Source: Candidatus Omnitrophota bacterium
GTDB lineage: Bacteria > Omnitrophota > Omnitrophia > Omnitrophales > Aquincolibacteriaceae
Direction: 5' to 3'
Assembly: GCA_023247055.1 (NCBI GenBank)
Contig: JAHFHF010000005.1
Location: 18,985 to 82,984, forward strand
DNA: 64,000 nucleotides
Position numbers and translations under genes: made by a program. This document shows positions 24,572-33,939 of this stretch, one piece after another (position 1 is the stretch's first letter; every line of letters begins with the position of its first letter). The notes under the pieces are model-generated. The model made no database searches. It had not been told where the DNA came from and worked only from the letters and a program-made list of their open reading frames with translations.

Positions 24572-27500
24572 ATGGATTCCCCGAAAGCCGCGGGGCTAGA
24601 CCCCGGCCAAAAGACAGCGTTTAGTGATAAAAACAAGTTGATTCAGTACATCAACTTGAAACTCGCCGCTTTGAACCAGCCCATTTGCGGCAAATCCGAT
24701 GACCTCATTGAAATTGCGCGGCCGCTTCTGCGCAATCACCAGGAAAAAAACCGCCTTCTTTACCAGCATCTTTGCCCGGTTGACCGCCGCATTCAGAATT
24801 TTTTGGATGATTATTTAAAAGACGTGCCGAACCGCGAAAAGGCCCGGCTTCCCGCCCAAACGTTTACGCTGGATTTTTACGGCCTGGCGCGCATGATTTC
24901 ACTGCCAGTGACGGCGGATGTGTTTACTTCTGACATTGTAAATTCCTACCGCTTGAAGCAGGGTGTTTTACACAACCCCAAGAACGACCGCCGTACGACG
25001 CACGGAGTTTTTCATATTACGGAAGGCGGCCTGCCCATTCCTGACGACAAAAAAGCTGTGCCGCCCGGTGTGTTTGCCGCCATGCTGAGCCATGCCTTGA
25101 GACCGTCACGCGAACTTCTGCGCCTGCCTTTTACCAGCGACCAGAAAAAACAGGCCGAACTTTTTGTCTCACTGCTTCTGCGTCCGATGGTCGTGCCGGA
25201 AGTCCGGGGCTTTACGCCGCGTAAGAGTATGGAAATCCGTTTTTTTGCGCCGGGCAATCTGGTGGGCAACCTAGATTTTGTGGAATCCATTTTTGGCAAT
25301 GCCGGTGACCCGTATCTGCCGGAGAATGATGCTGCACTCGATGTCGAACATTGGACGGGCCATACGGGCTGTGTCATTCTTGCGCCGCATCTGCTGACGC
25401 TGACTAAAAAAGAACTGGGTTTACCTCACCACGGTGAGGCTACGGAACGGCAGCGTCGCGACGGCATGTGCTGGCAGTCTCCGGACGAGCGTTATAACGA
25501 AGGTGAGGCCTTTAAGCTGACGTGCCGCGATGAGCGCGGAGTCATTGTGACGATAATTGCCGACAATTATTTCGGCTACTGCAAAAAAGAAGTCAAAACC
25601 CAGATCAGTTATGCGGCCAATCTTTATGGAATGGCCGAAGAAGAACACTCCGGTGGAGCCATTGCTTTCCCGAGTTACGTGCTCGGAGAAAGTTTTCACT
25701 TTGAGGGCAAGCTGCCGCAAAACGGGCTTAATTTCGACGATATGGTCGTGCAGTATGCCGACTTTATGGATTTAAAACCCGAGGGTTATGCCATTGATAA
25801 AAATTATCCTGATATTATTTACGTGCCCGCCGATGCGCGGCTCAGCGTCAAGCATGAGAAGGTGACTTGGGAGGCGCGCGGCCGCGAACATGCGATTAAA
25901 CTCCTGCCGTGGCAGACGTACGTTTATCCTTCCGGCTATAAAGTGCAAATGCAGAAACACACGGGCAGCGGCATCTGGCGCCTGACGGGCACGGTCTCCG
26001 AAGGCACCCTTTGTCATAAACCCTGTACAGTTTCCGGCGGCGGCAAATCCGAAATCTCCAAATCGATTGAGTATGCCATTATTCACGGGCCTGTTTTTGT
26101 CGCGGATTTTTACAAAGACATGGACGTTGTGGACCAGATTTTAGCGCACGATTTTAGCGGCCGCTTTGTGCAGAAATTTTCGGACAAGCGCCCCAGCCGT
26201 TCCATTTTGAGCGAAGAGCGTTCGCTCGGATCTGTGATCAAGCTGCTGACGCAGTCACCGGAATACACCGACACTTACAATGCCTGGCTCAATTCACTAG
26301 CGCCGCACATCCGTGAGTTTGTTTTTATTCTCAAACGCTATTACAAACCCGAATGGGGCGGCGACTGGCGCAGCCATTTTACGGTCGACATCATCAACGG
26401 CTACATGGGCCACGAATTAAAATACGATGACCGTAAGCTGGTGGCCAATTACCTGCGCGTCGGTGAAGAAAAAGACGGGGTCTGGCGCACCTTTAAATTG
26501 CGGCAGGATTTTAACGCGGCGGTTAAAATCCAGGCTGAAGATGATATTACGGCCTCGGTCGTGGTGCCGGCGCAGCACTTAAAATATTTAAACGCGGAAT
26601 ACGCGCAGCCGTTTGTCAAGATGGTGGCCAATTGCGAATACCGGCTTTTTCAGCGGCCTGATGATGCCATTCACCGCGGTTTTGATAAACAGGCGGAAAA
26701 AGACATTTGTTCCAATGACGTTTTCCTTTCAAACTGGCAGCCGCTGACGCTCGAAGAGGCGCGCGATTTGGTGGAAGATGCCACGGGCATTGACCAGTAT
26801 TCGAAGCCCATGGGGGATTTTATCCGCGGCATCGAAACAGAAAACAAACCCGTGTACTTTGTTTCCTCTGCGCATCCGCGCATCGTAGACGGCAAGCCGT
26901 CCAAGAACCCGCGCTATTTGCAGGACCGGCCTGATCTTATTAATCCGAGGCAGACTTATTTGGCCGATATCGGCGCACGGCTTTTCCGCAAAGTGCCTGC
27001 GGCGGAACCAGTTTATTTTCCTGTCAACGCCGTACTCTCAGGCCGCCGCAACAATCCGCCGGATCCGGCCCATCACCTGAGGCCGCTGGCGGTCTATAAC
27101 CCCATTCACTATCAGGAACTGCCCGAGTTGTTTATTGATTTTATTGCAAGCGTGACCGGCAAATCACCTTCGACCACCGGGGCGGGTTCAGAGGGCGCGT
27201 TGACCAAGGGGCCGTTCAATGCGCTTTTACCGGTGATTGATTTGAATAACGCCCTGGTCTCTTTTATTTTGACGGGGCATCAGGGGTTTAGTTCCGCGGC
27301 AGGCTATGTCGGCCCGAATATCCGGGTTGACCATGACATCAGCCTTTTGATTCCGGAAATCTGGTGCCGCATGAGTTTGGCCGAACGCGATCCTCAATTT
27401 CTGATCAAAAATGGTTATCTCGAGAAACTGGCTGATTTTGACCACAAAGGCAGCCGCGTCCTGGCCAGCCGTTTGGGTTACCGCATTACGATGCGGTTTG

Positions 27501-28075
27501 TATATGCTTTCTTCGGCCGCATGTTTAATTATCCCAACGCGGTTTTCAGCGAAGCGATGCTTAAACCCGAATTGCAAAGCATGGATATTTTTGCCGACGG
27601 CGTTGACAACATTGTTTCTGCGGGTAAAACCGCCGCGCAGTCTTACTTCGCCGACGGCAGCGTGGAATTGGCCATTCCGCCGCTTAAGGCCCTTTTGCAC
27701 ATCATGGTTCATGGTCATTACGAAGGCAAAGATGTTCAGCATGCCGGCATCCGGGCCCTCTTCACTCGCGAGACCCTGCTCAAATCGGCGTGGTATGAAG
27801 AGCGTTTAAGTGCCAAACAAAACGCGGACGTCCGGCTTTGGCAGCGCCAGGTCAAATACCTTGAAGATTTTCTGGTCAAGCCGAGCCACATTGAATCCAT
27901 TGCCGATCTCAGCCTCCGCCAGCGGCTGGCGTTTGCGCGCAAAGAACTTGCGCGCGTACAGGCCAAAGATTACGTGAAATGGCTGCAGGGAACCTTGGGT
28001 CTTGATCCCGGGGTTTTCAAAAAAGAAAATACAGTGGCGGGTTTAGAACCCGCCTCTACCCGAGGAATTGTTTGA
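24572..28075 (+). CDS. Large (about 1,167 aa) soluble enzyme; tentatively the PPi-dependent phosphoenolpyruvate carboxykinase (EC 4.1.1.38) family, otherwise a conserved hypothetical protein.
   Basis: Single long ORF (24452..28075 in the track; first Met at 24572, MDSPKAAGLDP...). The size class and general character match the ~1,100-1,200 aa PPi-PEPCK family. No motif-level confirmation is possible from memory. Confidence 0.3.
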   Translation: MDSPKAAGLDPGQKTAFSDKNKLIQYINLKLAALNQPICGKSDDLIEIARPLLRNHQEKNRLLYQHLCPVDRRIQNFLDDYLKDVPNREKARLPAQTFTLDFYGLARMISLPVTADVFTSDIVNSYRLKQGVLHNPKNDRRTTHGVFHITEGGLPIPDDKKAVPPGVFAAMLSHALRPSRELLRLPFTSDQKKQAELFVSLLLRPMVVPEVRGFTPRKSMEIRFFAPGNLVGNLDFVESIFGNAGDPYLPENDAALDVEHWTGHTGCVILAPHLLTLTKKELGLPHHGEATERQRRDGMCWQSPDERYNEGEAFKLTCRDERGVIVTIIADNYFGYCKKEVKTQISYAANLYGMAEEEHSGGAIAFPSYVLGESFHFEGKLPQNGLNFDDMVVQYADFMDLKPEGYAIDKNYPDIIYVPADARLSVKHEKVTWEARGREHAIKLLPWQTYVYPSGYKVQMQKHTGSGIWRLTGTVSEGTLCHKPCTVSGGGKSEISKSIEYAIIHGPVFVADFYKDMDVVDQILAHDFSGRFVQKFSDKRPSRSILSEERSLGSVIKLLTQSPEYTDTYNAWLNSLAPHIREFVFILKRYYKPEWGGDWRSHFTVDIINGYMGHELKYDDRKLVANYLRVGEEKDGVWRTFKLRQDFNAAVKIQAEDDITASVVVPAQHLKYLNAEYAQPFVKMVANCEYRLFQRPDDAIHRGFDKQAEKDICSNDVFLSNWQPLTLEEARDLVEDATGIDQYSKPMGDFIRGIETENKPVYFVSSAHPRIVDGKPSKNPRYLQDRPDLINPRQTYLADIGARLFRKVPAAEPVYFPVNAVLSGRRNNPPDPAHHLRPLAVYNPIHYQELPELFIDFIASVTGKSPSTTGAGSEGALTKGPFNALLPVIDLNNALVSFILTGHQGFSSAAGYVGPNIRVDHDISLLIPEIWCRMSLAERDPQFLIKNGYLEKLADFDHKGSRVLASRLGYRITMRFVYAFFGRMFNYPNAVFSEAMLKPELQSMDIFADGVDNIVSAGKTAAQSYFADGSVELAIPPLKALLHIMVHGHYEGKDVQHAGIRALFTRETLLKSAWYEERLSAKQNADVRLWQRQVKYLEDFLVKPSHIESIADLSLRQRLAFARKELARVQAKDYVKWLQGTLGLDPGVFKKENTVAGLEPASTRGIV

Positions 28076-28081
28076 TTTTTC

Positions 28082-28109
28082 GTAGTGGCAATTCATGAAT
28101 TGCCACTAC
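28082..28109 (+). terminator. Perfect palindrome GTAGTGGCAATTC-ATG-AATTGCCACTAC (12-bp stem) just after the large enzyme gene and before the mscS ribosome-binding site.
   Basis: The inverted repeat is read directly from the sequence. No U-tract follows it, so it could be a terminator-like or processing hairpin. A related half-sequence (GTAGTGGCAAT) recurs at 39118. Confidence 0.4.
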
Positions 28110-28129
28110 AAATAGAAACAGGAGGTTTT

Positions 28130-28963
28130 ATGGAAGAAAAAGTCACGGCGCTTCAGCAATTCATCAATACCGTCATTACGTTCTGCGTGAATTACAGTTT
28201 TCAGGCTTTGGGCGCGCTCATCATCTTGTTTGTGGGGTTTCTGGTTTCGAACTGGACGGGCCGGGTTTTCTTCGCCTTTTTGACTAAGAAAAATCTGGAT
28301 ATAACGCTGGCAAAGTTTTTGGCCACCCTTGTCCGTATGCTCGTTCTAGGGTTCGCTGTCTTGATTGCGCTGGGTAATTTTGGCGTGACCATTGCCCCGT
28401 TTGTTGCGGCCTTGGGGGCCCTGACTTTCGGCGCAAGTTTTGCCATTCAAGGCCCGCTTTCAAACTATGGAGCCGGCCTGAGCATTATCCTGTCGCGGCC
28501 GTTTGTGGTGGGCAATACGATTACGGTCCAGGAAGTCAGCGGCGTGGTTGAAAATGTCAGCCTGGCTTGCACGATTCTGCGAAATGAGGACGGCGTCAAA
28601 ATCACGATTCCCAACAAGGATATCGTAGGCCAGATCCTTTATAACTCCCAGGCCGTGCGGATTATCGAAAGCGAGGTCGGCATTAGTTACAACGATGATC
28701 CCGAGAAAGCGATTAATGTGGTGCGCGACACACTGAAGAAATTCGATGCGATTGTGCAAGAACCCGCTCCGATGGTCGGCGTGCAGGCTTTTGCGGATTC
28801 CTCAATTACCCTCGGTTACCGCTACTGGGTGCCGACCGTGAAGTATTTCCAGACCCTTTATGCGGTCAATTTGGCGATTTACAAGGCCTTCAATGAAACG
28901 GGCATCACGATGCCGTTTCCGCAGATGGAAGTGCGGCTGCTGAACCAAACCGCGAAAGTCTAA
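28130..28963 (+). CDS. Small-conductance mechanosensitive channel (MscS family).
   Basis: Three N-terminal TM helices, then the conserved MscS beta-domain region (GNTITVQEVSGVVENVSLACTILRNEDGVKITIPNKDIVGQILYN). AGGAGG lies 6 nt upstream of the ATG at 28130. The track's 28085 start would place the ribosome-binding site inside the ORF. Confidence 0.8.
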   Translation: MEEKVTALQQFINTVITFCVNYSFQALGALIILFVGFLVSNWTGRVFFAFLTKKNLDITLAKFLATLVRMLVLGFAVLIALGNFGVTIAPFVAALGALTFGASFAIQGPLSNYGAGLSIILSRPFVVGNTITVQEVSGVVENVSLACTILRNEDGVKITIPNKDIVGQILYNSQAVRIIESEVGISYNDDPEKAINVVRDTLKKFDAIVQEPAPMVGVQAFADSSITLGYRYWVPTVKYFQTLYAVNLAIYKAFNETGITMPFPQMEVRLLNQTAKV

Positions 28964-29064
28964 AAATCAAAAAGCAGCGGTCTCATAAGTTTTTTCGTAA
29001 ACCCCAACGATAGACTCGTCATTGCGAAGCAGCGTTTCACGGAAGCTGAAGCAATCTCGCTGTT

Positions 29065-29766
29065 TCACTCTCCCAAATACAACTGCTTCACCACCGGATT
29101 ACTCAGCAGTTCCTTGCCCGCCCCTTCCAGCTTAATCTTTCCGGTTTCAATCACGTAAGCGTACGACGCAATTTCCAGGGCTTTCCAGGCATTTTGTTCC
29201 ACGAGCAGGACGGTGATGCCGCGCTGATTGATGCGGCGGATCAATTGAAAGACCGTGTCAATCATTTTGGGCGCCAGACCCAGGCTGGGTTCATCGAGCA
29301 GCAAAAGGCGCGGACGCGCCATCAGCGCGCGGGCCATGGCCAGCATCTGCTGCTCGCCGCCCGACATATTGCCGGCCAGCTGCTGTAAGCGGTCTTTCAA
29401 AATGGGAAAAAGTTCCAGGAGTTCGGCGCGGTCTTTGCCCACATCGCTGTCGCTGCGCAGATACGCGCCAAGATCGAGATTTTCCTGCACCGTTAAGTGT
29501 GAAAAAATCCGCCGGCCTTCCGGCACCTGCACAATCCCAAGTTTAACGCGTTCATCCGGTGCCAGTTTTTCGACCGTGCGCCCCTCAAACGCAATGCGGC
29601 CCTTGCGCACGGGCACAAGGCCCGAGAGCGTCATGAGCGAGGTTGTCTTGCCCGCGCCGTTGGCCCCAATGAGCGTCACGATCTGCCCGGCCGGCACTTT
29701 GAGCGAAAGGCCTTTTAAGATTTCAATCCGGCCATGCCCGGCGTAAAGATCGCTGACTTCAAGCAT
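29065..29766 (-). CDS. livF: Branched-chain amino acid ABC transporter ATP-binding protein LivF.
   Basis: Walker A GANGAGKTT, signature LSGGEQQML, Walker B LLLLDEPS. It is the last gene of a liv-type operon. Confidence 0.9.
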   Translation of the reverse strand: MLEVSDLYAGHGRIEILKGLSLKVPAGQIVTLIGANGAGKTTSLMTLSGLVPVRKGRIAFEGRTVEKLAPDERVKLGIVQVPEGRRIFSHLTVQENLDLGAYLRSDSDVGKDRAELLELFPILKDRLQQLAGNMSGGEQQMLAMARALMARPRLLLLDEPSLGLAPKMIDTVFQLIRRINQRGITVLLVEQNAWKALEIASYAYVIETGKIKLEGAGKELLSNPVVKQLYLGE

Positions 29767-30560
29767 CAGGAATGCCCTCCGCGGCCGAGATAAGCCTCAA
29801 TCACCCGGCTGTTGCTTTGGATTTCGCGCGGCGTGCCCTCGGCAATTTTTTTGCCGTAGTCGAGCACAATCACTTTGTCGGAAACCGGCATGACCACTTT
29901 CATGTCATGCTCGATCAGGATCACGGTTACCCCGTTGGCACGGATGGCGCGGATGGTTTCCAGAAGTTCGTCTTTTTCGCGGGGGTTCATGCCCGCGGCG
30001 GGTTCATCGAGCAAAAGCAGTTTAGGGTCAGACGCCAGCGCGCGTGCCATTTCGAGTCTGCGCTGATAGCCGTAAGAAAGATTACGTGCCAGTTCGTCGG
30101 CTTTTGCGGCCAGGCCAAAAAAAGACAGCAGGCGCAGAGCATGCGCGCGAATCTTTTTTTCGGTGACTAAAAAACGCCGGGAAGGAATCAAGGTGTCCAA
30201 AAGACTTAAATTCGTACGTACATGCGCGCCGACAATGACATTTTCAAGCGCCGTCATATGCTTGAAAAGCCGGATGGTCTGGAAGGTGCGGGCCACTCCC
30301 TTAGCCGTGATGGTGAAAGGGTAGAGCCGGTTGAGCAAGATTTGTTCGTCAAAGTAAATGGAGCCTTCGTCGGGCGCATAGAGGCCGGTAATGCAATTAA
30401 AGAGCGTGGTTTTGCCCGCGCCGTTGGGGCCGATGATGCTGACGATTTTTCCACGCAGTACGGCGAAATCAATTTTTTCAAGCGCTGTCACGCCGCCGAA
30501 GCGTTTACCCAGGCCTTCCACATTCAGAATGGTCAGATCGCTCAGGGTCACAGCGTTCAT
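29766..30560 (-). CDS. livG: Branched-chain amino acid ABC transporter ATP-binding protein LivG.
   Basis: Walker A GPNGAGKTT, signature LSYGYQRRLE, Walker B LLLLDEPAAG. Its TGA overlaps the livF ATG by 1 nt (TGATG). Confidence 0.9.
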   Translation of the reverse strand: MNAVTLSDLTILNVEGLGKRFGGVTALEKIDFAVLRGKIVSIIGPNGAGKTTLFNCITGLYAPDEGSIYFDEQILLNRLYPFTITAKGVARTFQTIRLFKHMTALENVIVGAHVRTNLSLLDTLIPSRRFLVTEKKIRAHALRLLSFFGLAAKADELARNLSYGYQRRLEMARALASDPKLLLLDEPAAGMNPREKDELLETIRAIRANGVTVILIEHDMKVVMPVSDKVIVLDYGKKIAEGTPREIQSNSRVIEAYLGRGGHS

Positions 30561-31546
30561 GCTTTTTCCCCGCGTGCGGCGCCGGCATATTCTTCGCGGT
30601 GCCGCTTTTCGCCCAAGATACCCTGGGGCCGGAGCAGCATCATGGCAATCATGGCCGCACCGAAAAGCAGCATGCGATAGGCGTCAAAACCGCGCAAAAA
30701 TTCAGGGAGCAGACTGAGTGCTAAAGCGCCCAGAATGACTCCGCTGATATTGCCCAGCCCGCCCAGCACCACCATGGCCAGCACCATGACGGAGATGACA
30801 AAATCAAAACTGTCGGGGGAGACCGTACCTTGTTTTGCGGCAAAAATGCAGCCCGCAATGCCCGCAATAAAACTGCCTAGGCCAAAAGCTGAAAGTTTTG
30901 CGCTCATCAAATTGATGCCCATGCAGGAAGCCGCCAGTTCATCCTCGCGCATCGCGACCCAGGCGCGGCCCAGAGGTGAGGCTTCCACGCGTCTCAGCAA
31001 AAAGATCAGCACCAGAATCAGCGACAGCACCAGAAAATAATAAGGGCCGGATTTGACGCCGAACTCGGTGCCTGCAAAAAAAAGGTCCGGATGATCGATG
31101 CCCAAAAGACCGTTGGGGCCTCCTGTAATTTCATCCAGATTATTCAGCGCAATCCGTACGATTTCGCCGGCGCCCAAGGTGACAATGGCGAGATAGTCGC
31201 CCCCCAGGCGCAGTGCCGGAATGGCGAACAGCATACCGAAACCGGTGGCCGCAAGGGCGCTCAATACCAGGCCAGGCCAGAAAGGGACGTGCCAGTGAAT
31301 ATTCAGCAGGGCATAGGTATACGCTCCGACGGCAAACGGAGCGGCATAGCCCAGATGCAGGATGCCGGCAAAGCCGACGATGACATTCAGCCCAAGCGCC
31401 AGGATGATAAAGAGCCCGGCCGTGACCATGACGTCGATGTGATAAGCGTTGCGATTGATGAGTGGAAAAAGAAAGGCCGCCAGGATGAGAACCGCCGGCA
31501 GCGCGTATTTTTTCCATTCAAATAAAAATGTATTTTTTTTTGGCAT
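30557..31546 (-). CDS. livM: Branched-chain amino acid ABC transporter permease LivM.
   Basis: Polytopic membrane protein with the LivM-type permease layout. It overlaps the livG start by 4 nt. Confidence 0.85.
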   Translation of the reverse strand: MPKKNTFLFEWKKYALPAVLILAAFLFPLINRNAYHIDVMVTAGLFIILALGLNVIVGFAGILHLGYAAPFAVGAYTYALLNIHWHVPFWPGLVLSALAATGFGMLFAIPALRLGGDYLAIVTLGAGEIVRIALNNLDEITGGPNGLLGIDHPDLFFAGTEFGVKSGPYYFLVLSLILVLIFLLRRVEASPLGRAWVAMREDELAASCMGINLMSAKLSAFGLGSFIAGIAGCIFAAKQGTVSPDSFDFVISVMVLAMVVLGGLGNISGVILGALALSLLPEFLRGFDAYRMLLFGAAMIAMMLLRPQGILGEKRHREEYAGAARGEKA

Positions 31547-31559
31547 AGATTTTTACGCG

Positions 31560-31578
31560 GGCGGGTTTAGAACCCGCC
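31560..31578. repeat. Short hairpin GGCGGG-TTTAGAA-CCCGCC; an identical copy is at 28037..28055.
   Basis: Exact 19-nt match between two sites, each a 6-bp GC stem. One copy lies in the livH-livM spacer and the other inside the 3' end of the large enzyme CDS (encoding GLEPAST). Confidence 0.5.
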
Positions 31579-31597
31579 ACTGCAGATTTTGTAAACA

Positions 31598-31630
31598 TTT
31601 GTAGTGTACAGGCATGCCTGTACACTACAA
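31598..31630. repeat. Perfect 33-nt palindrome TTTGTAGTGTACAGG-CATG-CCTGTACACTACAAA in the livH-livM intercistronic spacer.
   Basis: Read directly from the sequence: 14-15 bp arms around a GGCATGCC core. Similar GGCATGCC-centred hairpins occur at about 52001-52040 and 53915-53945. Confidence 0.6.
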
Positions 31631-31659
31631 ATCGGCAGGGGACGATCCGCCCGCCCCCC

Positions 31660-32568
31660 CTACACTTTCTTTACGACGCGCGCGCCCAACAGGCCCGAAG
31701 GCCGGAAGAGCAGGATCAGGATCAAAATAAAAAAAGCAAAAACGTTTTTCCATTCGGAAGAAAGATAACCCGCGCCCAGACCTTCGAGAACACCGATTAA
31801 CAGCCCGCCGATCATGGCGCCCGGAATATTGCCGATGCCGCCCAGCACCGCGGCCGTGAAGGCTTTGAGGCCCGCAAGATAGCCGTCATGAAAGTTGATG
31901 GTGTTGTAATACATGCCGAACATGACGCCGCCCGCGCCGGCCAAGGCAGAACCAATCAAAAAGGTCACGGAAATAATCCGGTTCGTATTAACGCCAACCA
32001 GGTTTGCGGCATCGCGGTCATCGGCCAGGGCGCGCATGGCCTTGCCCGTGCGGCTATGGCGGATAAAAACATGCAGCGAAATCATCAGCAGCACAGAACT
32101 TGCGGCAATCAGGATCTGCAGATTCGTGAAAGTTACACTGCCGGCCGTGTAAGTGACGGATTCAATCAGTGAAGGAAAACTTTTATCCGAAGGCCCGAAA
32201 ACCAGCATGATGATGTTCTGCAGGAGAAATGAAACACCGATGGCCGTAATCAGCGGTGCCAAGCGCGGTGCATGGCGCAGGGGCCGGTAAGCAAACCGTT
32301 CGATCACCACGCCCAGCAGGGCGCTCAGGGTCATGGCAAATAAAAAAACCAGGAAAACGCCGAGCGTGGCGGAGCCGGGACTGCTTAAAAGAGGAGTCAG
32401 AATGGAATAGGCAAAAAGGCCGAAGTAAGCGCCCACCATAAACACTTCGCCGTGCGCAAAGTTGATCAGTTGGGCAATGCCGTAAACCATCGTATAGCCT
32501 AGTGCGATCAGCGCATAAATCATACCGATCGTCAGGCCATTGACGAGTTGCTGGAGGAAGACGTCCAT
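31660..32568 (-). CDS. livH: Branched-chain amino acid ABC transporter permease LivH.
   Basis: MDVFLQQLVNGLTIGMIYALIALGYTMVYG... is a typical LivH N-terminus and the protein is polytopic. Confidence 0.9.
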   Translation of the reverse strand: MDVFLQQLVNGLTIGMIYALIALGYTMVYGIAQLINFAHGEVFMVGAYFGLFAYSILTPLLSSPGSATLGVFLVFLFAMTLSALLGVVIERFAYRPLRHAPRLAPLITAIGVSFLLQNIIMLVFGPSDKSFPSLIESVTYTAGSVTFTNLQILIAASSVLLMISLHVFIRHSRTGKAMRALADDRDAANLVGVNTNRIISVTFLIGSALAGAGGVMFGMYYNTINFHDGYLAGLKAFTAAVLGGIGNIPGAMIGGLLIGVLEGLGAGYLSSEWKNVFAFFILILILLFRPSGLLGARVVKKV

Positions 32569-32722
32569 GGGTTAAGTCGTGAGTAATGAGTGATGAGTCA
32601 TGTGAAAAAAGGAAAAAGAGGGAAGGGGAAGAGCGAAAGGAAAGAATAATGGCATTGCAAATAATGATTTTGAGATAAGGTGATTTTGTTTCTCTTCACC
32701 TTTTTACTTTTTCCTTTCGCAA

Positions 32723-33874
32723 TTATTCCGCCGGTCCGATATAAACCAGTTTGCCGTTTTGGACTTGGAAAACGCCGATAAATTGTTTTTCATTGTCGCC
32801 AATGGCATTGAATTTGACTTCGCCGGTAATACCGGTAAAGGAGGGGATTTCGCGCATCGCTTTTAAAATCGCTTCACGGTTCTTGACGCCGGCTTTACGG
32901 ATGGCAGCGATTAAAATATTCGTGGCATCGTAGCTGTAGGCGGACCACTGTCCGAGCTCACCGTAGCGGGCGCGGAACGCGGCGATAAAATCTTTAGCGG
33001 CCGGAATTTTTTCAACATCGCCGCCGACCATGGTGGCATAGGTGCCTTCGGCAATAGGCGCGCTGGCAAGTTCAACCAAAATCAGCGTGGCAATACCGTC
33101 GCCGCCTATAAACGGGATCGGGATGCCCAGCCCCCGCGCCTGGCGCAGCAGCAGGGCGCCCTCAGGATAAATTCCGCCAAAATAAATGAATTCAGGCGCA
33201 AGCGGTTTAATGCGGGTCAGAAGCGGCGTGAAATCCTTGTCGCCCTGGGTTATGCTCTCATGGCCGAGAACGGTCATGCCAAGTTTTAAGGCTTCTTTTT
33301 TGAATTCATCCGCCAAACCTTTACCGTAGGTCGTTTTGTCATCAATGATAAAAACTTTTTTGAGTCCCAGTTGATGGGCCGCGAATTTTGCACCGCTCGG
33401 CCCTTGAACGTCGTCAGTTGCAGAAACCCGGAAAAAGGTATCAAAGCCTTGTTTGGAAAGTTCAGGGTTGGTCGAGCCTGCCGTCAATTCGGTGAGACGG
33501 GCCTCGTAATAAATGGCGGAAGCGGGCTTGGTGCAGCTGGAATTGAAATGCCCCATGACGGCCATGACGTCGCTGTCGGAAACAAATTTCTTGGCAACGT
33601 TCACGGCTTGGGCCGGATTGCGCTGGTCATCCAACAGGAGCGCCTCGAGTTTATAACCAGGAATAATTTCGCCCTGCTGATTAGTTTCTGCAACGGCAAG
33701 TTCAAGGCCGCGGCACAGGTCCAGGCCCAACTGGGCCTGGTCGCCGGTCAAAGGCGCCGCACAGCCGATTTTGATGACGGGGGCGGAACTTTCTCCGGAA
33801 CAGCCGGCGAGCGCTGAGAGTAAAAATGCGGTGGCAAGGTGTCTTATCTTAATTTTAGAATGAAAAAAACGCAT
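32723..33874 (-). CDS. livK: Branched-chain amino acid ABC transporter periplasmic substrate-binding lipoprotein (LivK/LivJ family).
   Basis: Signal peptide with lipobox LAGCSG, and the type I periplasmic binding fold signature (IKIGCAAPLTGDQAQLG...). It is the first gene of the operon. Confidence 0.85.
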   Translation of the reverse strand: MRFFHSKIKIRHLATAFLLSALAGCSGESSAPVIKIGCAAPLTGDQAQLGLDLCRGLELAVAETNQQGEIIPGYKLEALLLDDQRNPAQAVNVAKKFVSDSDVMAVMGHFNSSCTKPASAIYYEARLTELTAGSTNPELSKQGFDTFFRVSATDDVQGPSGAKFAAHQLGLKKVFIIDDKTTYGKGLADEFKKEALKLGMTVLGHESITQGDKDFTPLLTRIKPLAPEFIYFGGIYPEGALLLRQARGLGIPIPFIGGDGIATLILVELASAPIAEGTYATMVGGDVEKIPAAKDFIAAFRARYGELGQWSAYSYDATNILIAAIRKAGVKNREAILKAMREIPSFTGITGEVKFNAIGDNEKQFIGVFQVQNGKLVYIGPAE

Positions 33875-33939
33875 GAATTATCAGTATAAAGAAATTAAGC
33901 TGCTTTGGCAACGGGACTTGCTTCTTGGAGTATAAAAAA

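Noticed and set aside
29255-31525. Plus-strand ORFs inside the liv genes (29255..29746, 29772..30170, 30222..30680, 31091..31525, 31140..31517).
   Set aside because: They are antisense or alternate-frame to canonical LivF/G/M sequences. The high GC inflates spurious ORF lengths.
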